From Squalus acanthias (lineage: Eukaryota), in assembly GCA_030390025.1 (NCBI GenBank), contig JASTWF010000121.1:744001-808000 (forward strand): a stretch of DNA of 64,000 nucleotides, written 5' to 3'. Below, piece by piece: positions 39,401 through 51,400 of this stretch (position 1 is its first letter; the number at the start of each line of letters is the position of its first letter). The notes under the pieces were generated by a model. It was not told the origin of the DNA and did no database searches. It was given only the letters and a program-made list of their open reading frames with translations. The position numbers and the translations under genes are program-made.

Positions 39401-42400
39401 ATCCCTCCATGGCCTCACCTCTCCCTCTCTCTGTAATCTCCTCCATCCGAGATATCTGCGCTCCTCGAATTCTGCCCTCTTGAGCATCCTTGATTCGAAT
39501 CACTCAACCATTGGTGGCCGTGCCTTCAGTTACCTGGGCTCTAAGCTCTGGAATTCCCTGCCTAGAACTCTCCACCTCTCTACCTCTCTCTCCTCCTTGT
39601 AGACGCTCCTTAAAACCTACTTCTTTGACCAAGCTTTTGGTCATCTGCCCTAATTTCTCCTCAGGTGTCAAGTTTTGTCGTATAACGCTCCTGTGAAATG
39701 CCTTGGGACATTTTACTACGTTAAAGGCGATGTATAAATACACGGTGTTATTGTTCCATTCCCCGGGTCTCCCTTTACCAGTTTACATTATAGAATCGTA
39801 TAGGGTATGGGAGCATAGTAGTTATGTTACTGGGCTGGTATTCTGGAAATTGTGGAATTTAAATTCAGTTAATTAAATAAATCTCGTATAAAAAAACTAG
39901 TATCAGTAATGGTGATCATGAAACTACCGGATTGTTGTAATAAACCCATCTGGTTCACTATTGTCCTTCAGGGAAGGAAATCTGCCGTCCTTACCCGGTC
40001 TGGCTCCAGACCCTCTCAGTGGCTCGTGAATCTTTGGAATTCTCTACCTCAGAGAGCTGTGGAGGCGGGGTCATTGAATATAGTCAAGGCGAAGATTGAG
40101 AGACATTTGAAATACAAGGGAGTCAAGGGGTATGGGGAGAGAGTGGGAAAGTGCTGTTGAGGCCAAGATTGGATCAGCCATGATCTTATTGAATGGCGGA
40201 GCAGGCTCGAGGGGCCAATTGGCCGACTCCTGCTCCTGTTTCTTATGTTCTTATGACCCACAGACTCTTAATTGCCCTCTGAAATGGTCTAACAAGCCAC
40301 TCAGTTGTACAAGACTGCAGCGGTTCAAGAAGGCGGCTCACCACCACCCTCTCAAGGGCAATTAGAGATGGGCAATAAATGCTGGCCTTGCCAGCGACGC
40401 CCACATCCCAGAAACGAATTGAAGAAAAGCACCAAAGGAGGCCATTCGGCCCAGTGTACCTGTGCCAGCTCCAGCCGGTGGATTCAAAGAAAAAGAGCCT
40501 GCTGTTCTACTGGTGAACTCTATCAAATTAACGGCAGGGATCACATTTTACATCTCAATCAGTAACAGACTAAACACACTGGCTCCATATTACAATCATT
40601 GATCTCCGTCTAACTTGTACTGCCTGGACTGTCCCTTTAAACACCAGGACACTTTGTAACTTTCAGACCGGTTTTTAAGTTACTGATATTTTTCCCTTAA
40701 AGGTGCAAATGCTCCAGTCCTTCTCCAGTCTCCGAGCCTGTACCGTGTCACAGAGGGTCACTCGGCGCGGTTACAGTGCACCATGCGGAACGCCAGAGTG
40801 AGAGACACCGATGTCCACTGGTACCGCCGGCAACAACCAGGGCAAGATATGGAGCGGGTTTTAACACATGAGGCAAGTGGCAGCACACGAGGGAGCCCAG
40901 GTTCCACTGACCGTCTCCAGCCTTCCAGAGACACCTCCAATAACAGCTTCATTCTGACAATCACAAAGGTGCAGATTGATGACACTGCCGTCTATTACTG
41001 TAAAGTGTGGGGAGATATCAGCGGGAACGGAACCCAGCTCAATGTAACCAGTAAGTAGAGTTTATGTGATACTAACTGATCTCCGATGGTGTAGTTGATG
41101 GGTAGGCTGGGAATTGAAGAGCAGTTTCGAAGTTTATTTATAATTTTTATACAATGGCTTAAAATGGTTTTAAAAATCTGAAAAAATTAAACCTTTCATT
41201 TTTCATGAACTTTTCAGTGCTTGCACCGAATGAAATCAGTATTTGTAAATTGTGCAGTCTCCTCTACATTGGGGAGTCCCAATGCGGATTGGGTGAGTGC
41301 TTTGCGGCACACCTCCGTTCAGTCCGCAAACGTGACCCCGAGCTTCCGGTCACCTGTCACTTTAATTATCCGGACTACTCTGACCTCTCTGTCCTCGGCC
41401 TCCTACACTGTTCCAATGAAGCTCAACGTAAGCTCGATGAACAGCACCTCATTTTTCGATTGGGCACTTTACAACCTTGAGTTCAACAATTTCAGATCAT
41501 AACCTCGGCCCCATTTTTCAGACAGCAGGTGCTGTTAATGATTGTGCTGCTCATTGAATCTCTCCTGCCTTCCACCCTATCACAGACCGTCCCTTTTGTT
41601 CTTTCCTCCCCTCCCCCCATTCCCTGCCCCTACACTTGCTTAAAATCTGTTACATCTCTAACTTTTTCCAGTTCTGACGAATGTTCATCGATCTGAAACG
41701 CTAACTCTGTTTCTCTCTCCAGATGCTGTCCGACCTGCTGAGTGTTTCCAGTATTTCTGTTTCTATTTGTAAATTTCCTGCCTGGTTTGTCACAGTACAC
41801 TTCAGGTATTATAGTGCAGGGGTCCCCAAACTGTAGCCTGCGGCTCACATAGAAACCTTGACCCCTGGCAGCTCAGTCTTATTTACTTGTATTTCTTAGT
41901 TGCTGGTTTGTTCTGTTTGGGTCTTGTGGGCCTGAAGGTTTGCAGAGCACAGTTCTGGGTGCTGCTGTTTCAGTGGTGGATGAATTCCAAATCAGAGCAA
42001 CAAGATCTTGCTTAAAACCTGTTACATCTCTAACATTTTACAGTTCTGATGAAGGGTCATCACCCTGAAACGTTAACACTGTTTCTCTCTCCACAGATGC
42101 TGCCTGACCTGCTGAGAATTTCCAGCATTTTCTGTTTTTATTTCAGATTTCCAGCATCCGCAGTGTTTTGCTTTTGTATTACAATATCTTTACCCACTTC
42201 CTTATGAAAAGATCTACATTTTATTTCTCCATATTACTAAAATAAAGCTGTACACCATAAAATCTCCTGACTCTACCCACCCATTTAATCTCCTCCCACA
42301 GCCCATGTACACTCTCCCCTATCACAGACTCTAACCACCCATTTAATCACCTCCCACAGCCCATGGACACTCTCTCCTATCATAGACTCTAACCACCCAT

Positions 42401-45400
42401 TTAATCTCCTCCCACAGCCCATGTACACTCTCCCCTATCACAGACTCTACCCACCCATTTAATCTCCTCCCACAGCCCATGTACACTCTCCCCTATCACA
42501 GACTCTAACCACCCATTTAATCTCCTCCCACAGCCCATGTACACTCTCCCCTATCACAGACTCTAACCACCCATTTAATCTCCTCCCACAGCCCATGTAC
42601 ACTCTCCCCTATCACAGACTCTAACCACCCATTTAATCTCCTCCAACAGCCCATGGACACTCTCCCCTATCACAGACTCTAACCACCCATTTAATCTCCT
42701 CCCACAGCCCATGTACACTCTCCCCTATCACAGATTCTACCCACCCATTTAATCTCCCCCCCCGGCCATGTACACTCTCCCCTATCACAGACTCTAACCA
42801 CCCATTTAATCTCCTCCCACAGCCCATGTACACTCTCCCCTATCACAGATTCTACCCACCCATTTAATCTCCCCCCCCGGCCATGTACACTCTCTCCTAT
42901 CACAGACTCTGCCCACCCATTTAATCTCATTTCAATGATGGCACCTCCAACAGTGCAGCACACCCTCAATACTGGAGTATCGAGATACGTGCTGAAGTGT
43001 GTGGGGACTTGAACCCACAACCTTCTGACTCAGAGGCAAGCGTGCTACCAACTGAGCCATGGCTGACACTCTTGCTGATGTTGAGTTCCACTTTTTCTGG
43101 GCTCTCAGTTTGCAAACTGGGCTGTTAAGCATCAGGTGATCTTATAACATTTCAAATTTTATAAATTGTTAAACTTAGCATGCTGGAGCGGGAAAGTGGT
43201 GTTGAGGCCAAGATTGGATCAGCCATGATCTTATTGAATGGCGGAGCAGGCTCGAGGGGCCGATTGGCCGACTCCTGCTCCTGTTTCTTATGTTCTTATG
43301 TAAAGTCTATGATAGAGTAGAGTGTACATAGACTGAATAAGGAGAATAAATGGGTCGGGTAAAAAGTCTATGATAGGGAAGAATGTACATGGTCAGTGGG
43401 AGGAGATTAAGTCAATGGATAGAGTCCATGAGAGATTATATACAGGCTCGCAAGGAGTTGAAATTGGTGGGTGGTCCATGATAGGGTGTAGAATGAGTGG
43501 ACTTGATGAAATGAATGTCCTTAAGTTGTTCAATGCTTTATCATTTAAGAACATAAGAACATAAGAAATAGGAGCAGGAGTCGGCCATTTGGCCCTTTGA
43601 GCCTGCTCTACCATTCAATAAGATCATGGCTGATCTTCTACCTCAACTCCACCTTCCCGCACTATCACCATATCCCTTAATTCCCTTAGTTCCCAAAAAT
43701 TTATCGACCTCTGTCTTGAATATACTCAACGACTGATCATCGACAGCTCTCTGGGGTAGAGAATTCCAAAGATTCACAATCCTTTGAGTGAAGAAACTTC
43801 TCCTCATCTCAGTCCTAAATGACTGACCCCTTATTCTAAGGCTGTGACCCCGTGTTCTAGATTCCCCAGCCAGGGGAAACATTTCCCCAGCATTAAACCT
43901 GTCAAGCCCCTTAAGAATTGTATATGTTTCAATTAGATCACCTCTCATTCTTCTAAACTCTAGGGACAATAGGCCTAGTCTACTCAATCTCTCCTCATAG
44001 GGCAATCCCTTCATCACAGGAACCAATCTAGTGAACCTTCATTGCACTCCCTCTAAGGCAAGTATGTCTTTCCTTAGGTAAGGAGATCAGAACTGTACAC
44101 AGTACTCCCGGTGTGGCCTCACCAATGCCCTGTATAATTGTAGTAATACTTCTTTACTCTTATAATCACAGAATCACAGAATGCCCACAGTGCAGATAGA
44201 GGCCATTTCGGCCCATCGAGCCTGCACCGACACATATCCCACCCTATCCCTGTAACCCCACGTATTTAATCCCCCCTAACACTTAGGGTCAATTTATCAT
44301 AGCCAAATCAACCTAACCCGCACATCTTTGGACTGTGGGAGGAAACCGGAGTACCCGGAGGAAACCCACACAGACACGGGGAGAATGTGCAAACTCCACA
44401 CAGACAGTCACCCGATACCGGATTCGAACCCGGGTCCCTGGCGCTGTGAGGCAACAGTGCTAACCACTATGCCACCGTGTTGCCCTAAATCCCTTTGAAA
44501 CAAAAGCAAACATACTATTTGCTTTCCTAATTGCTTGCTGTACCTGCATGTTCATTTTCTGTGATTCATGTGCAAGGACACCCAGGTCCCTGTGACTGCA
44601 AACGTTTCCCAGTCTCTCACCATTCAAAAAATATTCTGGTTTTTTTTCCTACCAAAGTGGATAACTTCACACTTCCCACATTGTATTCTATTTGCCATCT
44701 TCTTGCTCACTCAGTCAACCTGTCTATATCTCTCTGCAATCTCTTGGCATCCTCCTCACAGCTTACTTTCCCACCTAACTTTGTATCATCAGCAAACTTG
44801 GATACGTTACACTCAGTCCCTTCATCTAAGTCATTAATCTAGATTGTAAATTGCTGAGGCCCAAGTATCAATCCTTGCTAGTTCCAGCCTGCCAACCCGA
44901 AAAAGTCCATTTTTTTTCTACTCTCTGTTTTCTGTCCAATAACCAATCCTCAATCCATGCTAATATATTACCCCCAATCCCATGATCCTAATTTGGTGTA
45001 ATAACCTCTTGTGTGGCACCTTAGTGAATACTTATTGAAAATCCAAATACACCACATCCACTGGTTCCCCCTTATCCATCCTACTAGTTACATCTTCAAA
45101 AAACTCTTAACAGATTTGTCAAACACGATTTCCCTTTCATAAAACCATATTAACTCTGCCTAATGATATTATGATTTTCTAAGTGCCCTGTTACCACGCC
45201 CCTAATAATAAACTCTAGCATTTTGCCTACTACTGATGTCAGGCTAACTTGCCTATAGTTCCCCGTTTCTTCTCTTCCTCCTTTCTTAAATAGCGGGGTT
45301 ATGTTTGCTGCCTTCAAATCTTTAGGGACTGTTCTAGAATCTAAGGAATTCTGGAAGATTAATGGAAGTGCATCCACTATCTCTGCAGCTACCTCTTTTA

Positions 45401-48400
45401 AATCCCTAGGATGTAGGTCGTCAGGTCCAGGGGATTTGTCGCCCCTTTGTCCCATTAATTTCTTCACTTATACTGATTTCTTTAAGTTCCTCATTCTCTC
45501 TAGATCCTTGGTTCCCCATTATTTCCAGAATGTTTTTTGTGTCTTCAACCGTGAAGACAGATACAGAGGGCTGGATTTTGATACTGGGGACGTGATGGAG
45601 GCGGGAATCCCACTTTTTGAGTTGTAGACCCACCTCCATCAACTTGTGGCCAACCCACTGTATTTTCCCTTGATTGACCTTGTTGAGCCCGCCCAGTGAG
45701 CTCAGCAGGCCAATTAAGGGCCACCCGGCAACAGGTGACGTCACAGATTGACATTTCATCTGTCAAGAGCTTTTGACAGATGAAATATCAGCGTTTGACA
45801 GCTCTGTGAAGCTGTCAAACACTGACAATTTGTCTTCTAACTTGAGTCCTTCCTCTCAGGCTGAGTTAGAATAATTCCAGCACAGAAAACAGAGACTGAA
45901 ACTTTTAACAGCACCACGGCATTTCTGCTTTCTGTGCCGGTGAGATTTCTGACTCCCGAGAACTGAAGGGCTGACACCTGCAGGAGGAAGTTAAGGTAAG
46001 TAAAACTTTATCCCACACTTTACACTTACCTTACACACTTACCTCTGCACACATGCACCCATCACTCACCTGCCCACCGGACATATCGACCCCTCCAACC
46101 CCTGCAGACCCACGGTCCGCCTCGCTAACTTGGCGTGGTTGGCACCTGTCGGGAAGCCCACATTTCAGCCTTCAAAATAGGGATTTGGCAAAAAGCTGCC
46201 TGTTAACTACCTGTTAACAGGCAGTTAATTGTCACTAATCCCCTTCCCGCCTCGGGGAGGCAGGTCCCAGCACATGTCGGGTACCCGCCGCCAGCGAAAC
46301 TGGCATGGAGGCGGGTTGGGGGCGGGATGGGGTCGGGACCCCCGAATCTGCAACTTTAACCCCCCACATGCCTCCAAACCCGACTCCATGGGTCAATGAA
46401 AATCCAGCCCAAAGTATTTGTTTAATGTCTCTGCCATTTCCTTATTGCCCATTATAATTTCTCCTGTCTCTGCCTCTAATGGGCCCACATTTACTTTCAC
46501 TAATCTCGTCCTATTTACATACCTATAGAAACATTTACAATCTGTTTTTATGTCTCTTGCTAATTTACTCACATTTTCTTTTTTCTCTTTCCTTATCAAT
46601 TTCTTGGTCCTCCTTTGCTGAATTATAAAATCTTCCCAATCCTCAGGCTAACTGCTCTTTTTGGCAACATTATAAGCCTTTTCCTTTGATCTAATACTAT
46701 CTTTAACTTCTCTTGTCAGCCACGGTTGGACCACTTTTCCTGTGGCGCTTCTGTGCCTTAAAAGAATGTGTATTTGTTCTAAATTATGTATTAATTCTTT
46801 AAATGCTAGCCATTGCTTGTTTACTGTCATACCTTTTAATGTAGGTTTCCCAATCTACCTTTGCCAACTAGCCCCTCATACATACATAGTTTGCTTTGTT
46901 TAGATTTAAGATCCTAGGTTCTGATTAATTTATAAATCACTTTCAAACTCAATATAAAATTCTATCATATTATGGTCACTCTTCCCTAAAGACCCATTTA
47001 CTGCAAGGTTATTAATTAACCCTTTCTCATTGCACAATATTAGATCTAAAATAGCCTGTTCCCTAGCTGGTTCCTCAACATACTGATCTAGAAAACTATC
47101 TTACATACATTCTATGAACTCGTCCTCTACGTTATTACTGCAAATTTGGTTTGCCCAGTCTATATGTAGATTAAAGCCCCCCTTGATTACTGTATTACCC
47201 TTGTTACATGCACATCTAATTTCCTGATTCATACGCTGCTCTACATTACAACAACTGTTTGGGGGCCGATAAACAACTCCCACCAATGTTTTTTGCTCCT
47301 TGCTGTTTCTTAGCTCCACCCAAACTGATTCAACTTCTTGATTTTCCGAGCCAGGATTCTTTCACTCTATTGTCTTTATCGCATCCTTTAGGATCAGGGC
47401 TACCCCTCCTCCTTTTTCATTTTGCCTATCTCTTCTAAAAGTTAAGTTTCCTGGAATATTTAGTTTCCAACCTTGGCCACTTTGCAACCAATTCTCCGTA
47501 ATGGCTATTAGATCACACCTGTTCATTTCTATCTACGCCATTAATTTTGTTGCGAATGCTTCGAACATTCAGATATAGTGCCTTTAGCTTTGACGTATTT
47601 TCTCTGGTTATCAATTGTATTCGACTCTTTTCAGACACATTTTCTCTGAGTAATTATTACCAATCAAGGAAAATTCTTTAAAAAACTTTTATTAATCTTG
47701 TTCAACACGATATTTTATCCCAAGTGTGGTTAAAATACTATTCCTGCAGAGCTGATCTCATAGTAAAGAGGTCATGGTTCAGAGCATTAGAAAATGATTC
47801 CATTTTTTAATATAAAATATTAATAAACCAACTCTGCTGATTTAGTATTAGAATCTGTTCTTTCTTTGAAGCACATAATCTAAGTTGCCTGAACTATCCA
47901 TTTAAAGAATGAGGACTCTTTGAAGCCTTCAGATTGGTTCTTACCTCACTGATATTTTCCCGCAAAGTTGAAAATGCTCCAGTCCTTCTCCAGTCTCCGA
48001 GCCTGGAACGTGTCACAGAGGGTCACTCGGCGCGGTTACAGTGCACCATGCGGAACGCCAGAGTGAGAGACACCGATGTCCACTGGTACCTCCGGCAACT
48101 ACCAGGGCAAGATATGGAGCAGGTTTTAACACATGAGGCAAGTGGCAGCACACGAGGGAGCCCAGGTTCCACTGACCGTCTCCAGCCTTCCAGAGATACC
48201 TCCAATAACAGGTTGGCAGGCTATAACTAGTGGGATGCCACATGGATCAGTGTTTGGGCCTCAGCTATTTACAATCTGTATTAATGACCTTGATGAAGGG
48301 ACCGAGTGTAATGTATCCAAGTTTGCTGATGATACAAAGCTAGGTGGGGCAGTACGCTGTGAGGAGAACGCAAAGAGTCTGACTAATCAGTGGGCAATAA

Positions 48401-51400
48401 GGTGGCAGATGGAGTATAATGTAGGGAAATGTGAGATTATTCACTTTGGTAGGAAGAATAGAAAAACAGAATACTTTTTAAATGGTGAGAAACTTTCCAA
48501 TGTTGGTGTTCAGAGAGATTTGGGTGTCCTGGTGCAAGAAATACAGAAAGCTAGCATGCAGGTACAGCAAACAATAAGGAAGGCAAATGACATGTTGGCC
48601 TTTATTGCAAGGGGTTTGGAGTATAAGAGTAAGGAAGTCTTGCTACAATTGGTGAAACCACACCTGGAATACTGTGCACAGTTTTGGTCTCCTTATCTAA
48701 GGAAGGATATACTTGCCTTGGAGGCGGTGCAACGAAGGTTCACGAGATTGATTCCTGGGAGGAGAGGGCTGTCCATTGATAAGAGTTTGTGTAGAATGGG
48801 CCTATACTCTCTGGAGTTTAGAAGAATGAGAGGTGATCTCATTGAAACATACAAGATTCTGAAGGGGATTGACAGGGTAGATGCTGAGAGGTTGTTTCCC
48901 CTGGCCAGAGTGTCTAGAACTAGGGGGCATAGTCTCAGGATAAGTGGTAGGCCATTTAAGACTGAGATGTGGAGGAATTTCTTCCCTCAGAGGGTTGTGA
49001 ATCTTTGGAATTCTCTGCCCCAGAGGGCTGTGGATGCTGAGTCTTTGAGTATATTCAAGGCTGAGATCGAGAGATTTTTGGACTCATGGGGAATCAAGGG
49101 ATATGGAGATCGGGCGGGAAAGTGGAGTTGAGGTCGATGATCAGCCATGATCTTATTGAATGGCAGAGCAGGCTCGAGGGGCCGTATGGCCGACTCCTGC
49201 TCTTATTTCTTATGTTCTTATATTTTTATGCATTTAAGGGGAGGCTAGACATGCATATGAGGGAGAAGGGAATAAAGGGTTATGCTGATAGATTTAGATG
49301 AGGAAAGACAGGAGGAGGCTCGAGTGGAGCATAAACGCCGTCATGTACTGGTTGGGCTGAATGGCCTGTTTCTGTGCCATATATCCTATGTCATCCATAG
49401 CAAGTAGTCAGTGTGTGATGCTGGGACAGACTGACAGCCACATTATAGATAAATCAAACTGCTCCATGTTTAAACTAACATTATCCCCCCAGGTTTCCAT
49501 CATGTTGGGTGCCCTGCTCAATCTGAATTCCACCCTGATTTGATTTTCCCATTGGTGCCATTTAACATTTCACTGTCTGAAGAGAATCTGATGTCTTTCT
49601 CTGGTCTTCTGCCTTAAACATGTCATTTCCTTTCACAGTTTCTGAAACTCAAATGGATCGAGTCGTGAAGACGACCCTTGTCTGGATCATTCTGGGTGCT
49701 GTGCTGGGAGTGACTGTTGTTACTGGAGGCATTTTACTCATCAGACACACACTTTGTGGACAAAAACAATCCCGTATGTGACTAAATAATTCAGTTTGAC
49801 TTGATTGCTGTGTATAGTTAATAAAAAATAAAAGGCCAGAACTAATCGTTAAAGAACCTGTTTTGATAATATATAAAATGTTATTGAGCAGCAAAGTATG
49901 ATTAATATCATTGCAGTTAATGTTGGTGAGATTTTATCATTTATTTCCCAGCACCATCGGGAACAGCTGATGATCAGAACGCAACTGCTGATTATGAAAA
50001 TATTTTTTCTGCAGGAGACACACAGGTGAGTTCAGTTGGTTTTCGAGGATGTTGCTTTCTGTAATGAGAAGGATCTGTGTGATGGGACAGAGCTGATGGT
50101 GTGTTTGTGTCTTTCTACACCACTTTGTCCAGTTATTTCTGCACTTATTTTCCCTCGTGGCACTGTAGACCATCTGAATATTGTCAGTTAAGATGATTGT
50201 CCTTGCTCTGTCAGAATGTACTTTGATGCATCTGTTCCTGGACTCTGAGACATTTATCGCACACCGGCAGGTGATGAGATGTGTGGCCATAGACTCCCAA
50301 GTTTGAATGAGTGATAGCTTAGTGGGCAATAGCTTGTCATACCTTTGGTCAGCAAATCTGCTGAATTCCCATCGCCGAACCCTAACTCTACAATCTCCTC
50401 CAGCTCTACAATCCTCCACCTCTTCGCTCCATTCTCCTGGCTCTGGTCTGTGGTGCACCTCCTTCCCATTGCCCCACCATTGGTAATAAATCTTTCTGCC
50501 GCATGGGCCCGACTCTTTGGAATTCCCTTCAATCTTCTCTGTCTTCCCCCTTCCACAGCCATACACTCCATCCCATCTTTCAGTGCCAGGCACTCACTCC
50601 TGCTTCACTGCCATGCATTCGGCCATCCTTCCCCCACCACCATCCATTCCTGCTACTGTCCTTCCCACTACCATCCACTCTCCACCTCCCTCCACTGATA
50701 TCCATTGCCCTCCTCAACTTCCTGCTTCTATCCATTGTCCTCCTCCCTCTAACTGCCACCCATTATCTTTCTCTCACTTCCACTTTCATTCATTCTCTCT
50801 TCTCTCCTTGACATCCATTTTCCTCCCTTTTCTCGCTAGCCATTTTGTTCCCCCTCGCCATTTGGCCCCCCTCCCCCGCTTCCACCCACTTCTACCTGTG
50901 TTTGGAGTGAATGCACTGGACAGATCCTCGCGGCACTAATGGCCCGCATCGCTGCCTTTCATCAGAATGTGAGTTCCTGCCGACACTGAGGCAGATATCC
51001 TGGCCATGAGCACTGGGAGCGTACTGAGAGGAGAGAGAGACCTGCACTTGGGAGGAGCGGGACTGGGAGGCACTGTGGGGCCCGACAGCGTCGACATTTC
51101 TTACAATGCACTAACACGCTGACTGGGACCCCAAAACGCTGTCTGCCAGTACGAATCACTGATGGTTGGTAACTATGAGTATGTATTGAGTATTTGTTCA
51201 CCCGAATAATTAAGTGATTTGCCAAGTGTTCTGGACCAATCTTTCACATCCACAGCTTTGACACATTTCCAATCTCTTTCTCCACTTGTCCTATCGTGGC
51301 CTGAGTTGTGAACTTCAAAGACTGGGAAAGGCAATCTGCTCTCAGACTGTGCTTTGCTCCCTCTGTGACTGTTTTTATGCAGGTCCCAGAACTCTCTTTA

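Larger units (their letters stand above)
43548..47595 (-). mobile_element. Decayed CR1 ORF2 hosting an HE1 SINE and a MITE
   Basis: ORFs 43643-44026, 45150-45467, 46393-46599, 47101-47319. Confidence 0.88.

Noticed and set aside
31970-41050. Germline-joined shark Ig light-chain or TCR cluster
   Set aside because: Only one leader, V exons in tandem, no C1 exon found, and the gene continues into TM and ITAM exons
44410-44486. tRNA gene (also ~31000-31073 and ~43000-43068)
   Set aside because: tRNA-derived SINE heads continuous with SINE bodies
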